Positions 55,977 through 64,000 of a stretch of DNA of 64,000 bases are shown here, piece by piece (position 1 is the first letter of the stretch; every line of letters begins with the position of its first letter). The DNA comes from an uncultured Erysipelotrichaceae bacterium. Its GTDB lineage: Bacteria > Bacillota_I > Bacilli_A > RFN20 > CAG-826. The notes under the pieces are model-generated. The model did no database searches and was not told where the DNA came from. It saw only the letters and a list, made by a program, of their open reading frames with translations. The translations under genes were made by a program, and so were the position numbers. The stretch spans positions 17,224 through 81,223 of the forward strand of contig CACZZG010000001.1 of NCBI GenBank assembly GCA_902785645.1, read 5' to 3'.

Positions 55977-57464
55977 TTATCCTTTAAAGAATAGTTTTCT
56001 TTGGAAGTTCGCGGGTTCTTCTGTGACATGGATACCCAGTGTCTTTAATGTATTGCGGTCAACTTCAGAAAGAATGGTCGTGGAATGTAGTTCCGTTCCT
56101 CTTAATTTTGGAATTTGTTTAATCGCTAATTCAGCTAGAGGATTAGTTAAAGCTTGAATAGATAAGGCTAGTAAGATTTCTTCTGCACGTAGGCGTACAT
56201 ATTTCTTGTGGAGTTGTTTGACCTTTAATTCTTGCATAGGCTCAATAACATTAGGCGAGAGCAAGAAGACTGACTTATCAATTTTCGCAAAATATTTCAG
56301 TGTATTGAGTAGGACCGCCGCGGAAGCACCGAGTAGTTGTGAACGGTGACCAGTAATGATTTTTCCATTCTCTAATTCAATAGCTTCAGATGGTTCGTTT
56401 TCTTTTGCTTGGGTCTCTAAGGCCTTTTTCACGCATTTTCGGTCATCTGGAGAAACATTTGCCTTGTTCATAAGCATTTCCATTTTCTCCAATGATTCGC
56501 TCGGTAATTTGCCTAAAAAGATCTTTAATCTAGCATCATAATACCTTCTAACGATTTCTTTTCTTGAGGCTTCCATGACTTTTTCTTCGTTATTTATCGC
56601 TAAACCCACCATATTGACACCCATGTCTGTTGGGGAGTGATATGGAGTTTCGCCATAGATCTTTTCAAATATTGCCTTGAGTAGTGGGAAGACTTCGACG
56701 TCACGGTTATAGTTAACCGCGGTCACACCATATTTTTCTAAATGGTATGGGTCAATCATATTGACGTCATTTAAATCGATAGTGGCTGCTTCATAGGCTA
56801 AATTAACTGGATGGTTAAGTGAGAGATTCCAAACTGGGAATGTCTCATATTTCGCATAACCTGCGCGTATACCGTTTTTGTTATCCAAATAAATTTGTGA
56901 TAAACAGGCCGCCATCTTACCACTTCCTGGTCCAGGAGCGGTGACAACCACTAAAGGTCTAGTGGTTTTAACGTATTCGTTTTTACCTAAACCTTCATCA
57001 CTAACGATAAGTGGGATGTTTTGTGGATAGCCATTAATCTTATAGGATTTATAAACGGCAATGCCGTTATTCTTTAATTGTTGTTCAAACTCTAAAACGT
57101 TTGGCAAATCTTGATAGAAAGAAATAATGACGGAAGAGACATATAGTCCAACTTCCATATAGGTATCGATTAATCTAAAGACATCTTGTTGATAGGTGAT
57201 ACCAACATCGCTTCTAACTTTGTTAGAGTTAATGTCGTTTGCGTTAACAACGATAAGAATCTCCGCTTTATCTTTGATACCTAATAACATTTGGAGTTTA
57301 CTATCTGGTTGAAAACCAGGTAACACTCTTGATGCATGAAGGTCATCAAATAACTTACCACCGAATTCGAGGTAGAGCTTATCACCAAATTTCTTGATTC
57401 TTTCAAGAATATTTTTTCTTTGTATAGTTAAATACTTGTCATTATCAAACGGAGTCTTTTTCAT
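55977..57464 (-). CDS. DUF1846/UPF0371-family protein
   Basis: N-terminal 'FDNDKYLTIQRKNILERI...LYLEFGGKLFDDLHASRVLPGFQPDSKLQML' is characteristic of this family. Length 495 aa. Confidence 0.75.
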   Translation of the reverse strand: MKKTPFDNDKYLTIQRKNILERIKKFGDKLYLEFGGKLFDDLHASRVLPGFQPDSKLQMLLGIKDKAEILIVVNANDINSNKVRSDVGITYQQDVFRLIDTYMEVGLYVSSVIISFYQDLPNVLEFEQQLKNNGIAVYKSYKINGYPQNIPLIVSDEGLGKNEYVKTTRPLVVVTAPGPGSGKMAACLSQIYLDNKNGIRAGYAKYETFPVWNLSLNHPVNLAYEAATIDLNDVNMIDPYHLEKYGVTAVNYNRDVEVFPLLKAIFEKIYGETPYHSPTDMGVNMVGLAINNEEKVMEASRKEIVRRYYDARLKIFLGKLPSESLEKMEMLMNKANVSPDDRKCVKKALETQAKENEPSEAIELENGKIITGHRSQLLGASAAVLLNTLKYFAKIDKSVFLLSPNVIEPMQELKVKQLHKKYVRLRAEEILLALSIQALTNPLAELAIKQIPKLRGTELHSTTILSEVDRNTLKTLGIHVTEEPANFQRKLFFKG

Positions 57465-57542
57465 ATACGAATTATCATAAATTATTTTAAGTAATTTATT
57501 AATAACTAATTTTCATTTTTGTAAAATTTCCATTAACAACAT

Positions 57543-57570
57543 AAAAACCCGCCTCAATTAGAAGCGGGTT
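57543..57570 (-). terminator. Rho-independent terminator
   Basis: On the minus strand: AACCCGC / loop / GCGGGTT followed by TTTTT. Confidence 0.7.
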
Positions 57571-57590
57571 TCTTGTTAATAATCGTTTAA

Positions 57591-58223
57591 TTATTCTTCT
57601 TCTTTTTTGCTAACTACCACAACAGCGGATGGTAATTTAACAAATGTTAATATGATTTGGAAGCAGGCAACTAAGCAAACAACGATACCAAAGACGATTA
57701 ATTGAGCACCGTATTTGATGACTGGTTCTGTACCAATACATAAAGCACCTAAGACGATAGCGGCAACAGCGACGAGGCAACCGACGACTAAGCCTAATAA
57801 GGCTTTCTTACCTTCTTTAGCTTTGAGGGCTAAGATATAGGTGAAGATAGCATCTGCTAAAACGATGACGCCTAAAGCGATTAATAAGAATGGAACAACT
57901 TTAATCAAGATATCGATAAAGTTATAGAAGTATTTCCAAACTAAAATGCTAGCACCGAGTGCGACTAAGATAGCACCAGGAGCGGCGACTGCGGCAAATC
58001 CTTTCTTGGCTAAGACAGCGACTAAGACTGATAAGATTAATGACAATGAACCGACAACTATCAAGACGATACCAATGACAACGCTCATTGCATCAATAGT
58101 GTTTTTTGCTGCTTCGGGGTCGTTGTTTCCAATTGCTGCACCAGCGACGATACATAAAATACCGACCACTAAGATGATTGCGGCTTGGATCCAACTGCTT
58201 AAACGTTCTTTAACGAATAACAT
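57591..58223 (-). CDS. Polytopic membrane protein (about 6 TM helices, Gly/Ala/Val-rich)
   Basis: RBS AGGAAGGAAG precedes the ATG at 58223, so the ORF-track start at 58265 is rejected. Confidence 0.65.
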   Translation of the reverse strand: MLFVKERLSSWIQAAIILVVGILCIVAGAAIGNNDPEAAKNTIDAMSVVIGIVLIVVGSLSLILSVLVAVLAKKGFAAVAAPGAILVALGASILVWKYFYNFIDILIKVVPFLLIALGVIVLADAIFTYILALKAKEGKKALLGLVVGCLVAVAAIVLGALCIGTEPVIKYGAQLIVFGIVVCLVACFQIILTFVKLPSAVVVVSKKEEE

Positions 58224-58513
58224 ATTTTTCTTCCTTCCTTTCAACTGGAATATTATAAGACACAATACAAAAAAATATATAAAAAATTTATATATCTTAG
58301 AAAATAAGTTAACGTATATATGAAAACAAAAAGATATTTAGCTATCCATATTGTTTTACAAGGTATTGCAATAGTTATTGAGACGATTATCCACGCGGTA
58401 ATTGGTATTATCGGTAAAGGCAAAAATGCCTATATCGTCGATCCTGAATATTTTTTCATTATAAAAATAATGAAATTATCATTATAAATGCTATAATTGT
58501 TTTAGGTATCATT

Positions 58514-58732
58514 ATGTGTTTTAAAAGAAAAAAGAAAGTTATTACCATTAACAGCCGTTACCATAAAGGTGATGTGGTGAATTTTAAATATCGAAATGAG
58601 ATATGTCCAGGAATCATCTATGATGTTTCTATCAGTCATTCTGGAGAAATCGTCTATGACATTCAAATCGGTGGGGAATGTCCCACAGTCATAAGAGACA
58701 TCAAAGATCAAGACATATTCTTAAGAAAATAG
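58514..58732 (+). CDS. Hypothetical small protein (72 aa)
   Basis: An ORF directly upstream of rmuC with a weak RBS and no motif. Confidence 0.4.
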   Translation: MCFKRKKKVITINSRYHKGDVVNFKYRNEICPGIIYDVSISHSGEIVYDIQIGGECPTVIRDIKDQDIFLRK

Positions 58733-58743
58733 GAGGTTAGGTT

Positions 58744-59973
58744 ATGTTAGAAATTATTATATTAATAATCGCTGGATTGATACTCGTCGTGGGTGTTGTT
58801 TTATTAATTGTTTTATTAAAAAGAAAACCTCAACCTCAAGTCGAACAAAAACTAGATTTAAAAGAAATTGGTGCTTTATCTAATCAAATTGAAAATCTCT
58901 CTAAAGAGATGAAGATGGATATTGAACTTGCTGTTTCTAAAGAGATGACTAAAACATCAGAACAATCCAATAAAGCTAGTGAAGCGAATAATGAAAAATT
59001 AGAAAGATTTCAAAAGAATATCACTGAATCTTTAAATCATAGATTTGACGCATTAAATGAGCAAATCATCAATCGTTTAAATGACATCAATAAGAAAGTT
59101 GATGAGAAACTACAAGAAGGATTTAAAGGTACTTCTGAATCTATGGCCCAAGTTAGAGAGAGACTCCAAGCGATTGATTCCGCACAGAAGAATATTGAGT
59201 CATTATCTAAAGATGTTGTTTCTTTGAAACAAGTATTAGAAGGAAATCAAAGTCGTGGACAATATGGCGAATTCCAATTAAGCATGGTTTTGCATAATGT
59301 ATTTGGCGACACAGTTGGTTGTTATGAAGAACAACATACCTTCAAAAAAGTCGTCGATGGTGAGAAAGTTCGCGCGGACGCAGTTGTCTTTATGCCTGAA
59401 CCAAATAAGATGATTTGTGTGGACTCTAAATTCCCGTTCCAAGACTATGCGAGATTATTTGACACAAACGATGAAGCGGAAACCAAACAATTAACCAAAG
59501 ACTTTGCCGCGGCAGTGAAAAAGCATATTACCGATATTAAGAATAAATATATTATTGATGGTGAAACCGCACCGAATGCGATTATGTTTATTCCTAATGA
59601 TGGTGTCTTTGCTTTCATCCATCATAACTTAGAAGAGACTGTTAACTACGCGAGAGCTCAAGGTGTTATTCTTACCTCTCCAAGTACATTACCAAGTATT
59701 TTATGGACTATTAATATGATTCGTATTGAATCAATTAGATCAAAGAATGTTCAAGAAATCAGCAAACAATTAGCGAGACTGGGAAAAGACTTTGAAATGT
59801 TCGCCAGAGAATGGGAAGACTTCTCTAATAAATTAGAAAAGGCCACAAGTGGTAGAGAAAAACTCGATAAGAGAGTGGGCAAGATCACCACAAAATTCGA
59901 CGCCATTAAAGAAAATGACACGGCCTCACTGATTGAGGAAAAAGACATTTCTGATTTATCAGAAGAAGAATAA
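58744..59973 (+). CDS. rmuC: DNA recombination protein RmuC
   Basis: RBS AGGAGG, an N-terminal TM helix and a coiled coil. Motifs 'SRGQYGEFQLSMVL' and 'ADAVVFMPEPNKMICVDSKFP'. Confidence 0.85.
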   Translation: MLEIIILIIAGLILVVGVVLLIVLLKRKPQPQVEQKLDLKEIGALSNQIENLSKEMKMDIELAVSKEMTKTSEQSNKASEANNEKLERFQKNITESLNHRFDALNEQIINRLNDINKKVDEKLQEGFKGTSESMAQVRERLQAIDSAQKNIESLSKDVVSLKQVLEGNQSRGQYGEFQLSMVLHNVFGDTVGCYEEQHTFKKVVDGEKVRADAVVFMPEPNKMICVDSKFPFQDYARLFDTNDEAETKQLTKDFAAAVKKHITDIKNKYIIDGETAPNAIMFIPNDGVFAFIHHNLEETVNYARAQGVILTSPSTLPSILWTINMIRIESIRSKNVQEISKQLARLGKDFEMFAREWEDFSNKLEKATSGREKLDKRVGKITTKFDAIKENDTASLIEEKDISDLSEEE

Positions 59974-60003
59974 AAAAAGCCACATTTTGTGGCTTATTTT
60001 TTA
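59973..60003. terminator. Bidirectional terminator between rmuC and folD
   Basis: AAAAAA, then stem AGCCAC / ATTTT / GTGGCT, then TATTTTTT. Confidence 0.8.
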
Positions 60004-60785
60004 CTAACGATTTCTAATAAGTTTTCGTATAGGGCTAATCTTGTTAATAGTCCAACACCACCTGGGACTGGGGTTTGGAGTTTAACAGGAAGATCTGGCA
60101 AAGCATCACCATGTAATCCATTTTCATCTCTAGATATGCCAACATCGATAACAGCGGCGCTTTCTTTATATTTGAAGCGATTATCTAAGAAGTGTTGTTT
60201 TCCGATTGCGACGACGATGATATCGGCGTTAGCGATGTATCTAGACATATCTTCAAATGTGGTTTTACTATGTAACACTGTGACGTTGGCGCTTTCTTTT
60301 AATAAGAGGTGGGCCATTGGTTTACCGACAATATTACTTCTACCTAATACCACAGCGTTTTTGCCAAGGATTTGAATACCTTCGTGGTGGAGGTAGTTCA
60401 TAATACCTTTAGGTGTACATGGAGATAATGATGATAGTGGATGGAATCCATCGACATCTTTCTTTGGTGAAACAGCGAGTTTCACTTTATCTTCATTGAT
60501 TTGTTTTGGAAGAGGCATTTGCACGATAAATCCATCGTGAGCTTCATCGTTATTGAGTTCTTTAATTACATTAAGTAATTCTGCTTCAGAAGTATCCAAT
60601 GGTAATTTAATTAAGTCAGCGTTAATACCTAATTCCGCAGCATCTTTTAATTTGCCTTTAACGTAGGCATTGCTTCCGGCATCTTCGTTGACTTGAACAA
60701 TAGCGATAGATGGTTTAATTTCCATCTTCGAAACGAGTTCTTTAATCTCTTCTTTTCTAACTTTAACGTATTCTTTAACGGTCAT
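59994..60785 (-). CDS. folD: Bifunctional 5,10-methylene-THF dehydrogenase/cyclohydrolase FolD
   Basis: 'SNAYVKGKLK', 'DGFIVQMPLP', 'DVDGFHP', 'VVLGRSNIVGKPMA' and 'PVPGGVG'. Confidence 0.9.
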   Translation of the reverse strand: MTVKEYVKVRKEEIKELVSKMEIKPSIAIVQVNEDAGSNAYVKGKLKDAAELGINADLIKLPLDTSEAELLNVIKELNNDEAHDGFIVQMPLPKQINEDKVKLAVSPKKDVDGFHPLSSLSPCTPKGIMNYLHHEGIQILGKNAVVLGRSNIVGKPMAHLLLKESANVTVLHSKTTFEDMSRYIANADIIVVAIGKQHFLDNRFKYKESAAVIDVGISRDENGLHGDALPDLPVKLQTPVPGGVGLLTRLALYENLLEIVSKK

Positions 60786-61254
60786 AACTAATCTCGGGAA
60801 TTCTGCCTTCGTAGTGGCGGATTTTTACACCTGCGAGGGTTAACATCCTTAAGGATGCTTGTGTTTCTGTGGTGTGTTCATATTTATTAGAAATATAAAC
60901 AACTTCTTTAATACCGGTTTGGATAATGGCTTTTGTGCATTCATTGCATGGGAATAATGTCACATAGACTGTACAACCCTTTAATGCAGAGGTGCCATTT
61001 CTCGTATTTAAAATCGCATTAAATTCAGCGTGGCAAACATATAAGTATTTGCTATCGAGTCCGGTGCCTTTGTTCCAAGATAATTGACTTTCGTCACATC
61101 CACACGGCATGCCGTTATAACCGATAGAAACAACTTTCTTGTTCTCATCCACGATACACGCTCCCACTTTTGTGTTGGGATCTTTACTACGCATCGCGGA
61201 GAGCAAGGCGATACCCATAAAATATTCATCCCAGGAAATATTGCTTTTAATCAT
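60775..61254 (-). CDS. comEB: dCMP deaminase (ComEB-type)
   Basis: Zinc motifs 'CHAEFNAI' and 'PCNECTKAI'. N-terminal 'WDEYFMGIALLSAMRSKDP'. Confidence 0.9.
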   Translation of the reverse strand: MIKSNISWDEYFMGIALLSAMRSKDPNTKVGACIVDENKKVVSIGYNGMPCGCDESQLSWNKGTGLDSKYLYVCHAEFNAILNTRNGTSALKGCTVYVTLFPCNECTKAIIQTGIKEVVYISNKYEHTTETQASLRMLTLAGVKIRHYEGRIPEISYDR

Positions 61255-61324
61255 AGTAAAACTATAATAACAAATTTTTATCTTATATAAATATAAAATA
61301 TGAAAAATGTGCTAATATTAATCC

Positions 61325-62011
61325 ATGGATTTCGTTGGAATTGATAAATTTTCATTATTAGACTTTGAAGATAAAGTAGCGTGTGTCTTATTCTGTAAGC
61401 CATGCAATTTTAGATGTCCATTTTGTCATAATGGCACGACAGTATTAGAAGCTGATACGACAATTCCATTTGTAGATATTCTAGAATATCTAAAAAGCAG
61501 AAAAGGATTAATTGATGCGGTAGTGGTCTCTGGGGGAGAACCAACACTTATGCCGGATTTAAAAGAAAAGATCATCGCCTTAAAAGAACTTGGATTTCTT
61601 ATTAAGTTAGACACAAATGGCACTAATCCAGAAACGATCAAAGATTTATATGAATCTCATTTAATTGATTACGTCGCGATGGATATTAAAAATTCTTTTA
61701 TCAAATATCCATTAACTACAGGAACAAAGAACGTTAATATCGAAAGAATTAAACAATCTATTGATTATTTAATGAATTCTGGAATTGATTATGAATTTAG
61801 AACGACATTAGTCGACGAGTTCCATGAAGAAGAAGATATTATAAAAATGGGCCAATTATTAAAAGGTGCAAAGAAGTTATATCTTCAAAAGTTTGTGGAA
61901 AGAGAAAGCTGCATTCAAAAAGGTCTTCATGAAGTCAGTGAAGAAAAAGCGAATAAATATAAAGACATATTATCTAAAGATATCAAATACGTATCCTTAA
62001 GAGGGTATTAA
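61325..62011 (+). CDS. nrdG: Anaerobic ribonucleotide reductase activating protein (radical SAM)
   Basis: 'FSLLDFEDKVACVLFCKPCNFRCPFCHN' (CxxxCxxC) and 'VVSGGEPTL'. Confidence 0.8.
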   Translation: MDFVGIDKFSLLDFEDKVACVLFCKPCNFRCPFCHNGTTVLEADTTIPFVDILEYLKSRKGLIDAVVVSGGEPTLMPDLKEKIIALKELGFLIKLDTNGTNPETIKDLYESHLIDYVAMDIKNSFIKYPLTTGTKNVNIERIKQSIDYLMNSGIDYEFRTTLVDEFHEEEDIIKMGQLLKGAKKLYLQKFVERESCIQKGLHEVSEEKANKYKDILSKDIKYVSLRGY

Positions 62012-62036
62012 AAAAGGCTTCTGAGAAGCCATTTTT
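62010..62036. terminator. Bidirectional terminator
   Basis: AAAAAA, then stem GGCTTC / TGA / GAAGCC, then ATTTTT. Confidence 0.8.
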
Positions 62037-62037
62037 C

Positions 62038-62742
62038 TTATAAAGCGTTTTCAAATATTGGCAAGACAACTGCATCTCCGATAGCAAACGATTTAACTTC
62101 GAAGTCAACACTCGCAGAAGCATTGTTTTCATCCATGCCGGAAACTTTCGCTTTTAAGGTAATACCTAATTCATCATCGACGGATAAATTGATTTCAGCA
62201 TTCTTTCCAGCGATAACTGCGGATGAGGTATATTTGAATTTGTACTTTGTACATTCTCTACCTAAGACTGTATCTTTGCCATCTTCCACTAAAGCGGAAT
62301 CGACTGAATGAGCATATAATAACCAGCTAACACCAGTTTCAATAACAGCATCAAACGCTTCTTTTTCAATTGTTTCTGTCGCTTCGAACTTATTGCCTTC
62401 TTCATTATAATCGTAGGCTACGTAGGAGTCGTTTTTGGCTTCTGCAGCCTTGCCGAAGCTTTCAACGTTTTCGCCTTCTTTGACATCGTTGAAGATCCAG
62501 AAGAAGCCATCTTTATTTCCAACTTTCGCAGTACCTTTATCTCCTTCGGAAGATAAATAGTCATAAGCAATCAAGAAACCTTGCTTTTCGCCAAGTTCTA
62601 ATAATTTTGAACGGCTTGTAGCGCGATCATATTTAAGTTCAGCAGTATCTTTATTTAAATCATCTAACATCGCTTTGACTTCACAGCCAGATAAAACCAT
62701 GGCAGCGGATAAACATGCGACTAAAGTAATAATCTTCTTCAT
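62038..62742 (-). CDS. Lipoprotein, function unknown
   Basis: RBS AAAGGAG and lipobox 'LSGC'. Confidence 0.7.
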   Translation of the reverse strand: MKKIITLVACLSAAMVLSGCEVKAMLDDLNKDTAELKYDRATSRSKLLELGEKQGFLIAYDYLSSEGDKGTAKVGNKDGFFWIFNDVKEGENVESFGKAAEAKNDSYVAYDYNEEGNKFEATETIEKEAFDAVIETGVSWLLYAHSVDSALVEDGKDTVLGRECTKYKFKYTSSAVIAGKNAEINLSVDDELGITLKAKVSGMDENNASASVDFEVKSFAIGDAVVLPIFENAL

Positions 62743-62804
62743 AATTATCTCCTTTAAATTGTTTTTACATATTTATTATTCCGTATTTATCAAGAAAAAG
62801 AAAT

Positions 62805-62830
62805 AAAAGAAAAGCCCGACTGAATCGAGC
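62805..62830 (-). terminator. Probable rho-independent terminator
   Basis: On the minus strand: GCTCGA / TTCA / GTCGGGC followed by TTTTCTTTT. Confidence 0.55.
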
Positions 62831-63751
62831 TTAACTATTTCTATTTAACGATTGAATATAACGATTGATATATACGCTTGCGACACTGGCGTCACCTAAT
62901 GCGGTTACGACTTGTCTGATATCTTTCACACGCGTATCACCTACTGCGTAAACGCCTGCACAGGAAGTTTCCATGTTTTCGTTGGTAACAACGAAGCCCT
63001 TAGAATCTAATTCCACTAAATCTTTGAATGGTTCATTGCATGGAATTTGTCCAATAGCGACGAAGACATTGTTTGTTTCCACAAGGAATTCTTGTTTATT
63101 AGCTTTATCGAAGAATCTTAATCCTTTTAATTCATCTTCACCGACAAATTCTTGAAGGGAAACATTATATGTAACATTAATGTTTGGATTATCGTTGATT
63201 CTTTGAATGAGAATTTGATCACCAAACAAATGATCGAATAAGGCGAAGATGTTGACGGTTGGACAATAATTACTCAAAAGTAATGCGTATTGTAATGCGG
63301 TATTGGCATCTCCGATGATGTTTGTGGTTTGACCTTTATAGAAAGCTCCATCACAAACCGCACAATAAGAGATACCTTTACCCACTAAATCATCTTCATG
63401 AGGAAGATTCATCTTACGATGATGGCAGCCATTAGCTAAGACTACAACCCATGATTCATAGGTATTATAGTTAGTCTTAACAATGAACTTCTCATCTTCT
63501 TTTGTGATTTGTTCAACTTCTTCGAGTTCGAATTCTGCACCCATATCGGTGATTTGTTCAAACATCTTATCGCTATATTCGATTCCGGATATCGCTTTGA
63601 TGCCTGGAATGTTCTCTAATTTTGGAGAAGTCGCCATTTGACCACCAAAATTCTCCTTTTCTAAAAGGAGACAGGTGCGTCCGTTTCTAAGGGTATTTAA
63701 AGCGACTGCCATTCCAGCAGGACCGCCACCGATAATGATGACATCGTACAT
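62831..63751 (-). CDS. Thioredoxin-reductase-like flavoprotein with an atypical pyridine-nucleotide site
   Basis: FAD motif 'IIIGGGPAGMA' and redox 'CAVCDG'. The position of the second GGGxxA motif reads 'IIGDANTA', and no HRRxxxR motif is visible. Confidence 0.75.
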   Translation of the reverse strand: MYDVIIIGGGPAGMAVALNTLRNGRTCLLLEKENFGGQMATSPKLENIPGIKAISGIEYSDKMFEQITDMGAEFELEEVEQITKEDEKFIVKTNYNTYESWVVVLANGCHHRKMNLPHEDDLVGKGISYCAVCDGAFYKGQTTNIIGDANTALQYALLLSNYCPTVNIFALFDHLFGDQILIQRINDNPNINVTYNVSLQEFVGEDELKGLRFFDKANKQEFLVETNNVFVAIGQIPCNEPFKDLVELDSKGFVVTNENMETSCAGVYAVGDTRVKDIRQVVTALGDASVASVYINRYIQSLNRNS

Positions 63752-63752
63752 A

Positions 63753-64000
63753 TTAGTTAATACTTTCTATATATCCTTTGATATTTGAGGCGTTTTCGAA
63801 AACTTCATAGCCATCTTCGTTTGGAACGATGAGGGTTGGAGCTTTGTTGACTTTATATTTTAAAGTCATTTGTTTGTTATCTTCAGCGTCGATAACTGTA
63901 TAGGCAATGCCAGCTTTATCTAAAAGCATCTTGGCCATCTTACAGTTTGGACATGTCTTTGTAGCGAATAATAAGATTTCGTTTAAAGATTCATTGCTGA
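63753..64000 (-). CDS. Glutaredoxin/NrdH-like small redox protein (5' end at or beyond the window edge)
   Basis: The frame stays open upstream of the ORF-track Met and reads '...EILLFATKTCPNCKMAKMLLDKAGIAY', a CxxC thioredoxin-fold motif. It lies 1 nt upstream of the reductase-like gene. Confidence 0.65.
   Translation of the reverse strand, partial: SNESLNEILLFATKTCPNCKMAKMLLDKAGIAYTVIDAEDNKQMTLKYKVNKAPTLIVPNEDGYEVFENASNIKGYIESIN

Noticed and set aside
58320-58487. A 55-codon hydrophobic ORF (MKTKRYLAIHIVLQGIAIVIETIIHAVIGIIGKGKNAY...) in the intergenic region upstream of the 58514 ORF.
   Set aside because: It has no Shine-Dalgarno sequence and no recognisable family, and it lies in a divergent promoter region. 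It could be a real small membrane peptide, but the sequence alone does not support calling it.
61255-61324. Possible NrdR boxes in the divergent comEB/nrdG promoter region.
   Set aside because: The AT-rich segment (cttatataaatataaaatatg) lacks the paired 16-bp palindromes with CAC/GTG ends expected for NrdR operators.
1-64000. Possibility that the window uses the Mycoplasma/Spiroplasma code (TGA = Trp).
   Set aside because: All family-recognisable ORFs are full length under the standard code. Trp residues in conserved motifs are TGG. Several genes end at TGA exactly where homolog lengths and overlapping downstream starts (ATGA) predict a stop.

Overview
AT-rich 64 kb chromosomal segment with almost gap-free coding on both strands. 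No rRNA, tRNA, CRISPR array, transposase or integrase is recognisable. It reads cleanly in the standard genetic code: Trp is TGG and TGA serves as a stop. The protein content looks Mollicutes/Erysipelotrichia-like (Acholeplasma-type). I count at least 16 predicted lipoproteins. Large surface proteins end in hydrophobic transmembrane (TM) anchors rather than LPXTG. The Opp peptide transporter carries the oversized subunits typical of wall-less Firmicutes relatives. Contents in order: (1) the 3' end of a type III R-M res gene, coupled to a DUF4357-HNH nuclease, followed by a terminator-bounded three-gene cassette ending in a NUMOD4/HNH endonuclease. (2) An AraC-headed surface operon: a type I dehydroquinase-like lipoprotein, a SASA-esterase-like lipoprotein, two GLUG-repeat proteins and a small membrane protein. 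(3) A cytoplasmic AraC-GH43 fusion, next to SGNH-like surface proteins and lipoprotein paralog arrays. (4) A housekeeping patch: beta-carbonic anhydrase, NERD protein, PPTase, nitroreductase and GNAT. (5) A large proteolysis/peptide-uptake locus: an S8 cell-envelope protease, a giant OppA, accessory lipoproteins and OppBCDF. (6) Two large lipoproteins divergent from a MacB-type ABC/FtsX fusion. (7) More lipoprotein paralogs, a DUF1846-flavodoxin pair, rmuC, folD, dCMP deaminase, nrdG, and a thioredoxin-reductase-like/glutaredoxin-like pair. The strongest second-look items follow. Several surface or sensor modules appear to be enzyme folds with catalytic residues replaced: GH43 Glu to Gln, SASA Ser to Glu, and two SGNH copies lacking Ser and His. 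One exported dehydroquinase-like lipoprotein seems to keep its Schiff-base residues. There is a res-linked nuclease cassette of unknown function. The OppD and OppF ATPases carry long coiled-coil inserts. A G+C-rich intergenic block may be a small RNA. All functional calls rest on motif recognition by eye; no database search was run.
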